DNA from: a bacterium
GTDB taxonomy: Bacteria; Bacillota; Clostridia; Oscillospirales; CAG-272
Reading direction: 5' to 3'
Length of the DNA: 64,000 nt
Assembly: GCA_963627065.1 (NCBI GenBank)
Contig: CAVGAA010000001.1
Location: 71,628 to 135,627, forward strand
The position numbers and the translations under genes were made by a program. The notes under the pieces are model-generated. The model was given only the letters and a program-made list of their open reading frames with translations, was not told where the DNA came from and made no database searches. Below, piece by piece: positions 1 through 8,817 of the stretch (positions are counted from its first letter, which is position 1; every line of letters starts with the position of its first letter).

Positions 1-828
1 GCCCTGCATATGGTCGTGCGTCAAAATCGAACCGCCTACAATCGGCAGATCGGCATTCGAACCGAGAAAATAATGGGGCAACCATGTAACAAAATCCAAC
101 TGTTTGACAAAGGTCGAACGGTCGATTTTCATCGGCGTATGTTCACCGGACAGCACAATGCAATGTTCATTGTAATAAACATAAGGGGAGTACTGCAAAT
201 ACCACTGCTTTCCGTCAAGCATCAAGGGGATTAAACGGTGTGATGCACGTCCTGCCTGCGTAAGACTTCCGGCGAACCCTTCATTTTCACGGCACAACGC
301 ACATTTCGGGTAACCCGTCTGCTTCTGCAATTTTGCCGCAGCAATCGCTTTCGGATCTTTTTCGGGCTTCGAGAGATTGATTGTAATATCGATTGTCCCG
401 TATTTTCCGTCATAAGTCCATTTGAGGTCACGTGCCACACGGTAAGTCCGGATGTAGTCAGATGCACGGGCAATACGGTAATAATAGTTTGTCGCATCGA
501 CCGGCGACTGCTTGTAAAGTCTGTCGAATTCGTCAATCACACGGCTCGGCAGGGGAGTCAAAATTCCCATGAGTTCGGTGTCGAACAAATCCCGTCCCGT
601 CACACCGTTGTCCTCAATAACGCCGTTCGCAATTGCATAATCGCAAAGTTCACCGAGCATTTCATCAAGCGGTCGCTCGTTTGCATCGCCGACTGTATCG
701 AATGCCGTAATGTGCAGTTTTTCCGCCAATCTGTTTTCAAAATAAACACGGTCACGGGGATCGGCAAGTCCGTTTTTCTCCGCATAACCGATAAGATCTC
801 TCACTGTCTGACAAATAGAATGTTCCAT
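1..828 (-). CDS. galT: Galactose-1-phosphate uridylyltransferase (type 2, Firmicute form), N-terminal 276 codons; remainder lies beyond the window start
   Basis: Frame is open from ATG at 828 to the window edge, so it has no stop and is missing from the ORF track. Own translation MEHSICQTVRDLIGYAEKNG...YPKCALCRENEGFAG...QYSPYVYYNEHCIVLSGEHTPMKI...ILTHDHMQG matches recalled family-2 GalT motifs. Confidence 0.8.
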   Translation of the reverse strand, partial: MEHSICQTVRDLIGYAEKNGLADPRDRVYFENRLAEKLHITAFDTVGDANERPLDEMLGELCDYAIANGVIEDNGVTGRDLFDTELMGILTPLPSRVIDEFDRLYKQSPVDATNYYYRIARASDYIRTYRVARDLKWTYDGKYGTIDITINLSKPEKDPKAIAAAKLQKQTGYPKCALCRENEGFAGSLTQAGRASHRLIPLMLDGKQWYLQYSPYVYYNEHCIVLSGEHTPMKIDRSTFVKQLDFVTWLPHYFLGSNADLPIVGGSILTHDHMQG

Positions 829-949
829 TTCAAGCTCCGTTTTAGTACTATTCGTAAAAAATAATTCTTCATCATATATTATACCATTTTTTTGTGCTTT
901 TGTAAATGGTTTTTTCAATTTTTCAAATAAAAAATCAACGGAGTGAATT

Positions 950-2299
950 TCATTCCGTTGATTTTTTCCATTTGTGCAGTTGGAAGAAATACATCACAAG
1001 CCCCGCAACACCGCTGATTGTTTCGGAAATCGGGAAGGAAAGCCATGTGTAATTCAGACCGAGAAACGAGAAAGCCCAAAAGATTGGGACGAGACATACA
1101 AGTTGTCGCAAAAGCGACAGTATCGCACTCCGAATTCCCATGCCGATAGCCTGAAAGAAACTCGGCATAATCAAACCGAAGACTGCAGAAATGAATCCCG
1201 TTCCGATGATCGGAAAAGCGATTTTTCCGATCGCAAGCACCTCATCACTGCCCGAAAACACCCGCAACAGTTGTTCTGGAAAGACGATAAATCCTATCAT
1301 TCCGAGAATCATAAAGATCGCCGAAATTAAAAAAGATTGGTTCATCGTCTGTTTGCAACGGTCGTAACTTTTTGTCGCATAATTGTAACTCAAAACCGGA
1401 ACAATGCAGGTTTGCAGACCGAATAGGGGAATAAAGAAGAAACTTTGCCACTTGTAATACAGTCCCAAAACCGTGACTGCCGCATCCGAAAATCCTGCCA
1501 AAATGATATTGAGAGCCAGAATATAAACGGTGTAAAGTGCCTGCATGAAAATGTTCGAATAGCCGTAATAATAAATCTCTTTGACGTAATGCCACATTTT
1601 CGAAAGAGCCGGCGGTTTCCGGATTGCCCTCGGTGCAACAATGACAGCGGCGGTAATCTGTCCGATAATCGTAGCGATTGCCGCACCTGCAATTCCCATT
1701 TTCGCACCGAAAATCAGAACCGGATCGAGAATGATGTTTGTTACCGCACCGACAATTTGAGCAATCATCGGGCGACGCATATTTCCACGTGCCTGATGCA
1801 CTTTTGTCCAGTTTCCTTCCAGAAAAACGCCTATAGAACCGATGCAGTTGATATAGCCGTAAGTGGTTGCATATTCGATAGCATCCGGCACACTGCAACT
1901 TGTCCGCACATAAGCCGGCATAATCAAAGCGGAAATGACTGCAAAAATCGCCCACGAGGCAAGTGCTAAAACCATACCCGTACCGGCAGCGTTTTCGGCA
2001 TCGGCAGGACACCCCTGAGCATCACGGCGAGCCATATAGGTATTGACGCCGACACCCGTTCCGACCGCCAGTGCAATGACAATCAATTGCAAAGGGTAGA
2101 TGACCGACAATGCCGTTAAACCGTTTGTTGAATACATTCCGACAAAGAAACTGTCGACAATATTATAAAAAGACTGAATCAGCTGTGCCAACATCACGGG
2201 CGGAGCGATTTTCAAAAGCACTTTGCTGATTTTCTCCGTCCCGTAAAGATCGTAATTTTCGACTTTCAATGCAAACTCCTTTCCGGATAAACCTGCCAT
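950..2299 (-). CDS. MATE family efflux transporter
   Basis: 449-aa polytopic ORF with a MATE-like N-terminus (LLKIAPPVMLAQLIQSFYNIVDSFFVG). The ATG at 2299 has no SD. An in-frame TTG at 2269 sits 6 nt after GGAAAGGAG and may be the true start. Confidence 0.85.
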   Translation of the reverse strand: MAGLSGKEFALKVENYDLYGTEKISKVLLKIAPPVMLAQLIQSFYNIVDSFFVGMYSTNGLTALSVIYPLQLIVIALAVGTGVGVNTYMARRDAQGCPADAENAAGTGMVLALASWAIFAVISALIMPAYVRTSCSVPDAIEYATTYGYINCIGSIGVFLEGNWTKVHQARGNMRRPMIAQIVGAVTNIILDPVLIFGAKMGIAGAAIATIIGQITAAVIVAPRAIRKPPALSKMWHYVKEIYYYGYSNIFMQALYTVYILALNIILAGFSDAAVTVLGLYYKWQSFFFIPLFGLQTCIVPVLSYNYATKSYDRCKQTMNQSFLISAIFMILGMIGFIVFPEQLLRVFSGSDEVLAIGKIAFPIIGTGFISAVFGLIMPSFFQAIGMGIRSAILSLLRQLVCLVPIFWAFSFLGLNYTWLSFPISETISGVAGLVMYFFQLHKWKKSTE

Positions 2300-2314
2300 A
2301 AAATTATACGACTA

Positions 2315-2330
2315 TTTTTTTTTTTTTTTT
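2315..2330. repeat. Homopolymer T16 (A16 on the MATE-coding strand), followed by ATAG and A6CA6 (2335-2347)
   Basis: Read directly. It lies 16 nt upstream of the MATE ATG, and T16 with A6CA6 forms an inverted A/T repeat. Confidence 0.95.
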
Positions 2331-2701
2331 ATAGAAAAAACAAAAAAGGGACTGTCGCAGTTAGATACAGAACCGCCGATTTTGACTACGTAGCGGTACA
2401 GGCGTACCGCATGAGTCGAAAGCGACGGTAAAAAAGCACATAAAATCGGAAAAATCCGGAGGATTTTTCCCTCTGAAAGAAGAAACTTCGGATTTTTTCT
2501 GTTTTACACTTGTTGTGTGCCGTGCTTTTTTGGTCTGTGCTAAATGCATCAGTCCCTGGAAAGGCAATAATACAATTTGGGGAGGAGTACCATCGCCGAT
2601 TTCCCGTAAGAATTGAATGATAGGTCAAAATCGACCTGCAAATCCGTTGATTTTGCGAAAAAACGGTAAATTTTTGTCTGTTTAGTCTTTATATAGACTA
2701 T

Positions 2702-2730
2702 ATTATACCATATATAGCCCACTTTGTCAA
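2702..2730 (-). promoter_or_regulatory. Sigma-A-type promoter driving a long leader toward the MATE gene
   Basis: The minus strand reads TTGACA (2730-2725), a 17-nt spacer, then TATAAT (2707-2702). Confidence 0.6.
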
Positions 2731-2771
2731 GAGAAAAAGGTTAAAATTATAGCATCAAGGTGGTGAATATT

Positions 2772-2897
2772 ATGGATGCATATACGGCAGTGAAAAACAG
2801 ACTTTTGAAACTTTGCGATGAAAAACGGATGTCCGTTCATAAATTGGCAATGGAGTCCGCCGTGCCACCGTCGACGATTAAAACGGTTCTATACTAA
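2772..2897 (+). pseudogene. Truncated XRE-type helix-turn-helix regulator fragment (41 aa)
   Basis: AAGGTGG SD precedes the ATG. Translation MDAYTAVKNRLLKLCDEKRMSVHKLAMESAVPPSTIKTVLY* ends right after the recognition helix; full-length relatives are 65 aa or longer. Confidence 0.45.
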
Positions 2898-2920
2898 GTG
2901 TTGGGAAGCCTATCGGGGCA

Positions 2921-2956
2921 GAAAAAAGCGTAGCACCGTCAAGGTACTACGCTTTT
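2921..2956 (-). terminator. Rho-independent terminator after the 3000..3662 gene (hairpin is usable on both strands)
   Basis: Stem AAGCGTAG (2926-2933) pairs with CTACGCTT (2947-2954). It is flanked by an A6 run on one side and T4 on the other. Confidence 0.55.
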
Positions 2957-2999
2957 CATAATGTCAAATCAAATTGTCATACTTAATTGCAACCGTTAT

Positions 3000-3662
3000 T
3001 TATTCGCAGACGTAACTTCTTGTGGTTTCTCTCTGAATGAGTGCGAGAACAATTGCGAGAACCGCACAGATACAGCAGGGGAGAACAAGGTCGCCACCGG
3101 TAATCTGCAAGAATTTCACGTTCGGGAGAAGTTTTCCGATGCCGTAAACCAAGAGATAAGCCGAACCTGCACTTGCAAGAAGAATGAAAGCGAAGCGAAT
3201 GACGCAAGCGGCAAGCAAAGCGGCGATGAGTGCACCTGCCAAACCGATCCAAAGGCCCTCTGCGATATAGTGGCTTGCGAGATAGAAACCGATGCCGGCG
3301 TAAGCAACGAGCGTCAAATGCAGGCACTTATACCAACCGAGGAAGAAGAGCAGAAGTCCCACAACCGCACCGAGAATGTATTTCACGAAAGAGGGGCAGT
3401 TTGCCATGAATTTCACATTTGCGGTGAGAATTGCAAAGAGTCTGTAACCTGCCATAAATCCGATTCCGCCACAGAGCAAACCGCAAATCGGACGGACCAA
3501 ACGCATAGCGAACAAACCGAGCAGAATGCCGACTGCAATGAGAACACCGTAATAAAGTGTCGAATTCCAGTTCAGTTTTCCGAGAAGCCAATCGAAACGG
3601 TTGTTAAAATGAATCACCATTTCGCCAAGACCTTGATGCAAAAGTTCGATAATTTTGTTCAT
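3000..3662 (-). CDS. Hypothetical polytopic membrane protein
   Basis: 220-aa ORF with several hydrophobic segments. AGGAGG SD lies upstream and a canonical promoter is at 3691-3719. Confidence 0.7.
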   Translation of the reverse strand: MNKIIELLHQGLGEMVIHFNNRFDWLLGKLNWNSTLYYGVLIAVGILLGLFAMRLVRPICGLLCGGIGFMAGYRLFAILTANVKFMANCPSFVKYILGAVVGLLLFFLGWYKCLHLTLVAYAGIGFYLASHYIAEGLWIGLAGALIAALLAACVIRFAFILLASAGSAYLLVYGIGKLLPNVKFLQITGGDLVLPCCICAVLAIVLALIQRETTRSYVCE

Positions 3663-3690
3663 AGAAGAATCCTCCTAATCATTTTATATA

Positions 3691-3719
3691 ATTATACCGC
3701 ATTTTCGGCATTTTGTCAA
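3691..3719 (-). promoter_or_regulatory. Sigma-A-type promoter of the 3000..3662 gene
   Basis: The minus strand reads TTGACA (3719-3714), a 17-nt spacer, then TATAAT (3696-3691). Confidence 0.65.
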
Positions 3720-3791
3720 GTGCTTTTGAATGATTTTTTGTATTTCGTTGATAAGAATTGTTTTATTGAAATAATATCACGGAAAAATGAC

Positions 3792-4193
3792 TTATTTTTC
3801 CGGCATTCCGTGACCGTGAACGCACGGTTCATCGAAAAATCCCGTCAAATCGACTTCGAATCGACCGCTGGGATTCTTTTGAAATCCGATTGCCTTTATC
3901 ATCGTTTCGTTTCCGTACGGAGCATCGAAAAAAGCGTGATGTACACCGCAAAGGTCGATAAAATTGAGCGTTGCCCGTCCCATAACGAACATTGGTTCGA
4001 ATTCTTCTTCACCGCAGGGGGAAAAATCGATAATCACACCGCCGTCCGTATCGGTTTTGAACTGACAAACACCACGGAGCGAACCGTCAACCAAAGCCTT
4101 GTAAGCGAGCAAATCGGCACGGAAATTCACCCCGCAACGCCGACAGATTTCAGCCTGCTCGTCTTTTGACTGTATCGGTAAAACTTCAAGCAT
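3792..4193 (-). CDS. Hypothetical cytoplasmic protein (133 aa), family not recognised
   Basis: ORF overlaps the stop of the upstream pseudouridine synthase gene by 8 nt, which suggests translational coupling. The composition is plausible for a real protein. Confidence 0.55.
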   Translation of the reverse strand: MLEVLPIQSKDEQAEICRRCGVNFRADLLAYKALVDGSLRGVCQFKTDTDGGVIIDFSPCGEEEFEPMFVMGRATLNFIDLCGVHHAFFDAPYGNETMIKAIGFQKNPSGRFEVDLTGFFDEPCVHGHGMPEK

Positions 4194-4962
4194 TTCGACA
4201 TCCTTTCAGGTAAGCAACTTCTGCATCGGTGAGATTTCGCCATTTGCCGATCTTCAAGTCGCCGATACCGATTTTTCCGATTGCAATCCGTGTCAAAGAT
4301 ACAACCGACAACCCAACTTTTTCGCACATTCGCCGAATTTGCCGATTGCGACCTTCGTGCAATTCCATTTCAAGCACTCCGTCCGACAATACCTTCACAC
4401 CGACCGGTTGCAGTTTATAACCGTCCAATTCCATAGGCGACCGCAAAACGTCAAGTTGCGTACCGGTCGGGAGAGGGGACACCGCCACACGGTAACGCTT
4501 TGCGATTTCATGGCGGGGATGCGTGAGAAGATTCGCAAATTCGCCGTCATCCGTGAGGAGCAGAAGCCCGTCTGAATCCATATCGAGCCGACCGACGGGG
4601 TATAGTCTTGCATCGGGAATTTTTACAAGTTCCGTCACATTCCGGCGACCTTTTTCGTCCTTTGCCGTGCAAACCCAACCACGGGGCTTGTTCAAAAGAA
4701 CATACCGATAGGGCTTTTCGTTGCGTGGCAGAATTTCCTGCCCATTCCACTCAACCGTGTCGACGTTCGGTAAAACTCTGTCACCGAGTACGGCAACAAC
4801 CCCGTTGACCTTGACGTGACCGGCTGAAATTTCGCCCTCGCACGCACGGCGGGAGAGTACTCCGCAATCCGAAAAATATTTTTGCAGACGAATCGGTTCG
4901 GCTTTATCTTCGTTTTTTGATTGTACCGTCAACGCTTTATTGCTGTTCTTTTGCAACGGCAT
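4186..4962 (-). CDS. RsuA/RluB-family pseudouridine synthase with N-terminal S4 domain
   Basis: Motifs RLQKYFSDCGVLSRR (S4 domain), GRLDMDSDGLLLLT (catalytic Asp) and EGRNRQIRRM. Start chosen at MPLQKN (ATG 4962) because the 305-aa track ORF would run through ytfJ. Confidence 0.85.
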   Translation of the reverse strand: MPLQKNSNKALTVQSKNEDKAEPIRLQKYFSDCGVLSRRACEGEISAGHVKVNGVVAVLGDRVLPNVDTVEWNGQEILPRNEKPYRYVLLNKPRGWVCTAKDEKGRRNVTELVKIPDARLYPVGRLDMDSDGLLLLTDDGEFANLLTHPRHEIAKRYRVAVSPLPTGTQLDVLRSPMELDGYKLQPVGVKVLSDGVLEMELHEGRNRQIRRMCEKVGLSVVSLTRIAIGKIGIGDLKIGKWRNLTDAEVAYLKGCRNA

Positions 4963-5368
4963 CGACTTCGTCAAAGAGTTCACGCAAACGACCGACCACT
5001 TCGGGAGCACGGTGCAGAATTTCCGCAATCTGTTCAAGCGGTCCGACCTCCTCCGATCCGGAAACGGGGAGCATTTCGACTTTACCGTCGGGGTAGGTGA
5101 CAAGGAATCCTATGGGATTGACTGTCACACCCGTACCGCCTGCACCGCCGAAATTTTTGCGTTCGTTGGTTTTTTTGTCCTTGTTTTTCTTTGCAGGCAT
5201 ATCGATACCGCCGGAGGCAAAGCCCAGCGATACACGGGAGAAGGGGATAATGGTCACGCCGTTTTCCAGTTTAATGGGTTGTCCCGTAACCGTGTCGGCA
5301 TCCATAATCTGACGAATCTCCTGCATTGAATCGTTAATCATTTTTTTGATAGAACCTTCGTTTTCCAT
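4937..5368 (-). CDS. ytfJ: Sporulation protein YtfJ (GerW family)
   Basis: 143 aa with TVIPFSRVSLGFASGG...GGAGGTGVTVNPIGFLV, characteristic of YtfJ/GerW. Confidence 0.8.
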   Translation of the reverse strand: MENEGSIKKMINDSMQEIRQIMDADTVTGQPIKLENGVTIIPFSRVSLGFASGGIDMPAKKNKDKKTNERKNFGGAGGTGVTVNPIGFLVTYPDGKVEMLPVSGSEEVGPLEQIAEILHRAPEVVGRLRELFDEVDAVAKEQQ

Positions 5369-5405
5369 GATTGAACATCCTTTCCGATTTTATTGAAAGT
5401 AAATC

Positions 5406-6143
5406 TCATTTATTATCATCCGCCGATGCCGTTTTCTTTTTGTGACGGCGAGCGGTTTTGATACGGGCATTTGTAACGACTTCTGCGGATTTTTTCTGCA
5501 GGGCGAGTGCTATGGAAATGGCAGGGAAGAGTCTGACCGAGAATGAGAGATTGACATCTGCAGTTGTTTCCGTCCCCGTAAAATTCGGGCGAATGCTAAT
5601 GTCGCTCTTATCGTAGTTGATATTGACAAAATTTTCGTCAAGCCAATCGAGAATCAAGGTAGCCCCTGCCGAAACACCGCCCCAGACAAGTGCGGTTGTT
5701 GCCGCATTGTCACTGCCGACCGAAATATTCATGTGAACGGCACGAAGAGAGAGCTTTCCTTTTGCGACACGGTAAAATTCCTTGACCAATGCGAGAATTG
5801 CAGACAGTTTGTCACGCAAATCGACACCGTCCAGTTTTCCGCTGTGAATGAGTGCCATTTGACGCTCATGCAGTTTGGCATAATAGGCATCTTCTTTTTT
5901 CTGCCTTCGCAATTCCGCTTTCAAAGCCCGTTTCGGATTTTTGCAGAATTTTTTCGGGAGTTCTTCTCCGTCACTGTCGTCATATAGCACAAACGGAATG
6001 CCGAGCAGGGTAATTTCCACCTGAATGCAATCTTTGAATTTCACTTTCAGACGGGCGATTTTTGCCTTTCCGAGCAGAAGAATCAAAAGGCAGAGTAACA
6101 GAACACCGGCAACCGCTATGAGTGCAATCATCCAATCTGCCAT
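5406..6143 (-). CDS. DUF2953-like (YtfI-like) membrane-anchored sporulation-associated protein
   Basis: N-terminal TM segment (MIALIAVAGVLLLCLLILLL). Its position immediately upstream of ytfJ matches the Bacillus ytfI-ytfJ arrangement. Confidence 0.55.
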   Translation of the reverse strand: MADWMIALIAVAGVLLLCLLILLLGKAKIARLKVKFKDCIQVEITLLGIPFVLYDDSDGEELPKKFCKNPKRALKAELRRQKKEDAYYAKLHERQMALIHSGKLDGVDLRDKLSAILALVKEFYRVAKGKLSLRAVHMNISVGSDNAATTALVWGGVSAGATLILDWLDENFVNINYDKSDISIRPNFTGTETTADVNLSFSVRLFPAISIALALQKKSAEVVTNARIKTARRHKKKTASADDNK

Positions 6144-6145
6144 AT

Positions 6146-6928
6146 TTATTCTCCTTCCGAATCGTTTTTCGCTTCCGAATTTTCGCTTTCGACACCGGTT
6201 TGCGTTGCATCTTCGAAAATCAAATTTCCGTCATCGTCCTCTTCCACCGGTCTGTAATCTTGGGCATCCTGCGGTAACGGTTCGTCTGCATCGATTTCGG
6301 TACTGTCGCCCAAATCGAGTTCCAACTGCTCGGTGCTTTCGCTTTGCATCTGTGCTTGCGTGGATGCACTCAAAGCCTCGGTCTGCGGTAATTCGTCCAG
6401 CGAATTGATACCGAACACTCGCAAAAACTTGTCCGTTGTGCTGTAAAGCATCGGTCGTCCGGGGGCTTCCAAACGCCCCACCGCCTCAATCAAGCCTTTG
6501 TCAATGAGGGACGTAACCGCATAGGAACTGTCAACGCCTCTGACATCGTCCACAAAAGTTCTTGTAACCGGTTGGTTGTACGCAACCACCGCCAGTGCCT
6601 CCATTGTCGATGCCGATAAGTTTCCGCCACGCCGAATGCCGAGTGCCTCACGGATATAGGGGGCATATTTTTCTTTTGTCGCCAATTGGCAGGCGGTCGG
6701 ATATTGCAGGAGCGATATACCGTGACAAGAATCTTCCGCCTCGTACCTTTTTGCAATTTCACGAACCAGATTTTTTACATCTTTGACCGTGAGAGACAGT
6801 ACCTCCGCCAGTTTGTCATATCGCATCGGATGTCCTGCCGCAAAGAGGATTGCCTCAATTGCCTGCTCGGTTTCTTCTGCCGTTTCGAGTGGTGCGAGAA
6901 TCGGTTCGGACTGCTTTTTTTCTTCCAT
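6146..6928 (-). CDS. scpB: Segregation and condensation protein B with an acidic C-terminal tail of about 70 aa
   Basis: AIEAILFAAGHPM...MEALAVVAYNQPVTRTFVDDVRGVDS...GRLEAPGRPMLYSTTDKFL. Confidence 0.9.
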   Translation of the reverse strand: MEEKKQSEPILAPLETAEETEQAIEAILFAAGHPMRYDKLAEVLSLTVKDVKNLVREIAKRYEAEDSCHGISLLQYPTACQLATKEKYAPYIREALGIRRGGNLSASTMEALAVVAYNQPVTRTFVDDVRGVDSSYAVTSLIDKGLIEAVGRLEAPGRPMLYSTTDKFLRVFGINSLDELPQTEALSASTQAQMQSESTEQLELDLGDSTEIDADEPLPQDAQDYRPVEEDDDGNLIFEDATQTGVESENSEAKNDSEGE

Positions 6929-6931
6929 ATA

Positions 6932-8065
6932 TTATTGTCCCTGTCCTTTCTTTTCCATTCGAATGGTTTCTTTTGCCATATGTTCCACAATTTCGTTCAT
7001 GTCGAGTCCCAAATCGTCGAGCATATCGTTTTCGTCTTCCGACAATTTGTCTTCGAGCATTGCCTCGACACGTTCTTCGGCATCGAGGTCGCTGTCGTCT
7101 GTGGGAATTGAATCGTCAAGCGAAAGTTCGTTTTCTTTTGCGAGTCTGCGTTCTTCGGCACGTTTTGCACGTTCTTCTGCTCTCTGCCGTTTCTTTTCTT
7201 CAAGTTTCCGCTCACGTAGAATTCTTCTCTGCTCTCTGTGCATTTCAGCTTTCGAGGAGAGGGGAATTGCCTCTTTCGAGTGGTCGACTTTCGGCTTTTT
7301 CTGCCGTTCGGCTTCTTCCTCTTCGGCGGATTTTTCATTGACCGAAAAGCAGGTGTTCGTTCCGTGAACCGCATCGAGGTATTCGCCCTCGTCAATCAAG
7401 ATTTTGCGGACCTTGACGAGTTCCAGAATTCCGAGAAAGATTGCAATCAGGTCGGGGAGCGATACCGCATCCGAGAGCAATTCTTTCATCGAAGTTTCTT
7501 TTTTCTTTTCCATGCGGTGCAGAATGCCGACGATCTTGATTTCCACCGGAACAATCGGTTTTGCAATCATCGGAGCGAAAACGGCTTTTTCCGCTTTCGG
7601 TCGGCTTTCGTTGTTCGCAATGATACGGCGGACTGCCAAGCAAAGACTTGTGACCTGCTGGTCGGCGACATAGGTCGTGTCGACCGTAACCTCGTCCGTG
7701 TCCTTGACCATTCTTCCGCTGTAAATTTTGTAAAGTTCCGCCATTTTGACGGCGGCTTCTTTTGCTTGTTGATAGCGTTGCAGGGCTTCCTGCAAGTCCA
7801 TACGGGGATCTTTTTCTTCCTCTTGCGGACGGGGCAGGAGCATTTTGCTCTTAATACGGACCAATTCACTTGCCATAACGATAAATTCGCCGGCAAGTTC
7901 CATGTTCATTTCCTGTGCCGCATCGATGTAAGCGAGGTACTGATCGCAAATCAGAGAAATGGGCAAATCGGTGATCGGCACTTTATTCTTTTGTATGAGC
8001 GAGAGCAACAGGTCGAGCGGACCTTCAAAGTTAAATTGCTCTAACTTATAAGTGACACCTTCCAT
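6932..8065 (-). CDS. scpA: Segregation and condensation protein A with a charged C-terminal extension of about 130 aa
   Basis: FEGPLDLLLSLIQKNKVPITDLPISLICDQYLAY...FIVMASELVRIKSKMLLP, followed by a K/E/R/D-rich tail. Confidence 0.9.
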   Translation of the reverse strand: MEGVTYKLEQFNFEGPLDLLLSLIQKNKVPITDLPISLICDQYLAYIDAAQEMNMELAGEFIVMASELVRIKSKMLLPRPQEEEKDPRMDLQEALQRYQQAKEAAVKMAELYKIYSGRMVKDTDEVTVDTTYVADQQVTSLCLAVRRIIANNESRPKAEKAVFAPMIAKPIVPVEIKIVGILHRMEKKKETSMKELLSDAVSLPDLIAIFLGILELVKVRKILIDEGEYLDAVHGTNTCFSVNEKSAEEEEAERQKKPKVDHSKEAIPLSSKAEMHREQRRILRERKLEEKKRQRAEERAKRAEERRLAKENELSLDDSIPTDDSDLDAEERVEAMLEDKLSEDENDMLDDLGLDMNEIVEHMAKETIRMEKKGQGQ

Positions 8066-8086
8066 TCCGTACCTCTGAGAGTAAAA

Positions 8087-8797
8087 TTAAGTCAATAAAG
8101 ACAGTATTTTTCTTGCAATCGGTTGCCCGATGGCATCCGGCAATTTTGTCGCAACATACCCGATCGGCGATATACCGAAATTCGAGAGAATCAGCATGAC
8201 AATCAAAAGACCTAACATAATCTGTCGCTCATATCGCATAATGCCGAAATAAATTTTCGTCGGCAAAAACACGAGGGCAATTCTCGAACCATCAAACGGC
8301 GGAATCGGAATCAAATTAAACAGGGCAAACATAAAGTTAATGGCGGCGGCGTAGAAAAACGTTTCGGTCAAAATCGAGAGAAACGTTATGAGCAGTTCAG
8401 TCGAACCCAAATAGTATCTTGCAACATAAATTCCGAGGAACACACCATAGAGAACCGTATTGAACAGTCCCAACAGAAAATTCGAGAGCGGACCTGCCAA
8501 GGCTGTGAGTGCCATACCGAGTTTCGGCTTTTTGAAATAGCGCGTATTGATCGGCACGGGTTTTGCCCAACCGTAACCGAAAACCATTAAAAACACCAAA
8601 CCGATAGGATCGAGATGCTTCATGGGATTGAGCGTCAACCGACCGAGATTGCGTGCAGTCGGATCTCCGCAACGCCAAGCGACAAAGCCGTGTGCCGTTT
8701 CGTGAAGCGAAAGGGCTAACAGCATAATCGGAATAGTCAGCAGGACCGAAAGCAGAGCCTCCAACGGGTTTTCACTCTGTAAAATCGAGAAGAGCAT
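8087..8797 (-). CDS. Site-2 protease family (M50) zinc metalloprotease
   Basis: HETAHG (HExxH) lies within a TM segment, and the ORF is polytopic (236 aa). Confidence 0.8.
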   Translation of the reverse strand: MLFSILQSENPLEALLSVLLTIPIMLLALSLHETAHGFVAWRCGDPTARNLGRLTLNPMKHLDPIGLVFLMVFGYGWAKPVPINTRYFKKPKLGMALTALAGPLSNFLLGLFNTVLYGVFLGIYVARYYLGSTELLITFLSILTETFFYAAAINFMFALFNLIPIPPFDGSRIALVFLPTKIYFGIMRYERQIMLGLLIVMLILSNFGISPIGYVATKLPDAIGQPIARKILSLLT

Positions 8798-8817
8798 TTA
8801 TATCGAATGTACCTTTC

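Noticed and set aside
2540-2605. Possible fluoride riboswitch in the MATE leader (the minus strand reads GGCGATGGTACTCC...GGGACTGATGCA)
   Set aside because: Only the GGCGAUGG and CUGAUG fragments resemble the crcB motif. The complementary P1 and pseudoknot partners (CGCC, and the reverse complement of the segment after AUGG) are absent.
2961-4169. 402-aa plus-strand ORF
   Set aside because: It overlaps two better-supported minus-strand genes (3000..3662 with promoter, SD and terminator, and 3792..4193) and has a low-complexity Cys/Thr/Glu-rich translation.
6783-7367. Ser-rich 194-aa ORF and neighbouring ORFs opposite the scpA/scpB tails
   Set aside because: They are the antisense reading of the GAA/GAG/AAG-rich charged-tail region and are a compositional artefact.
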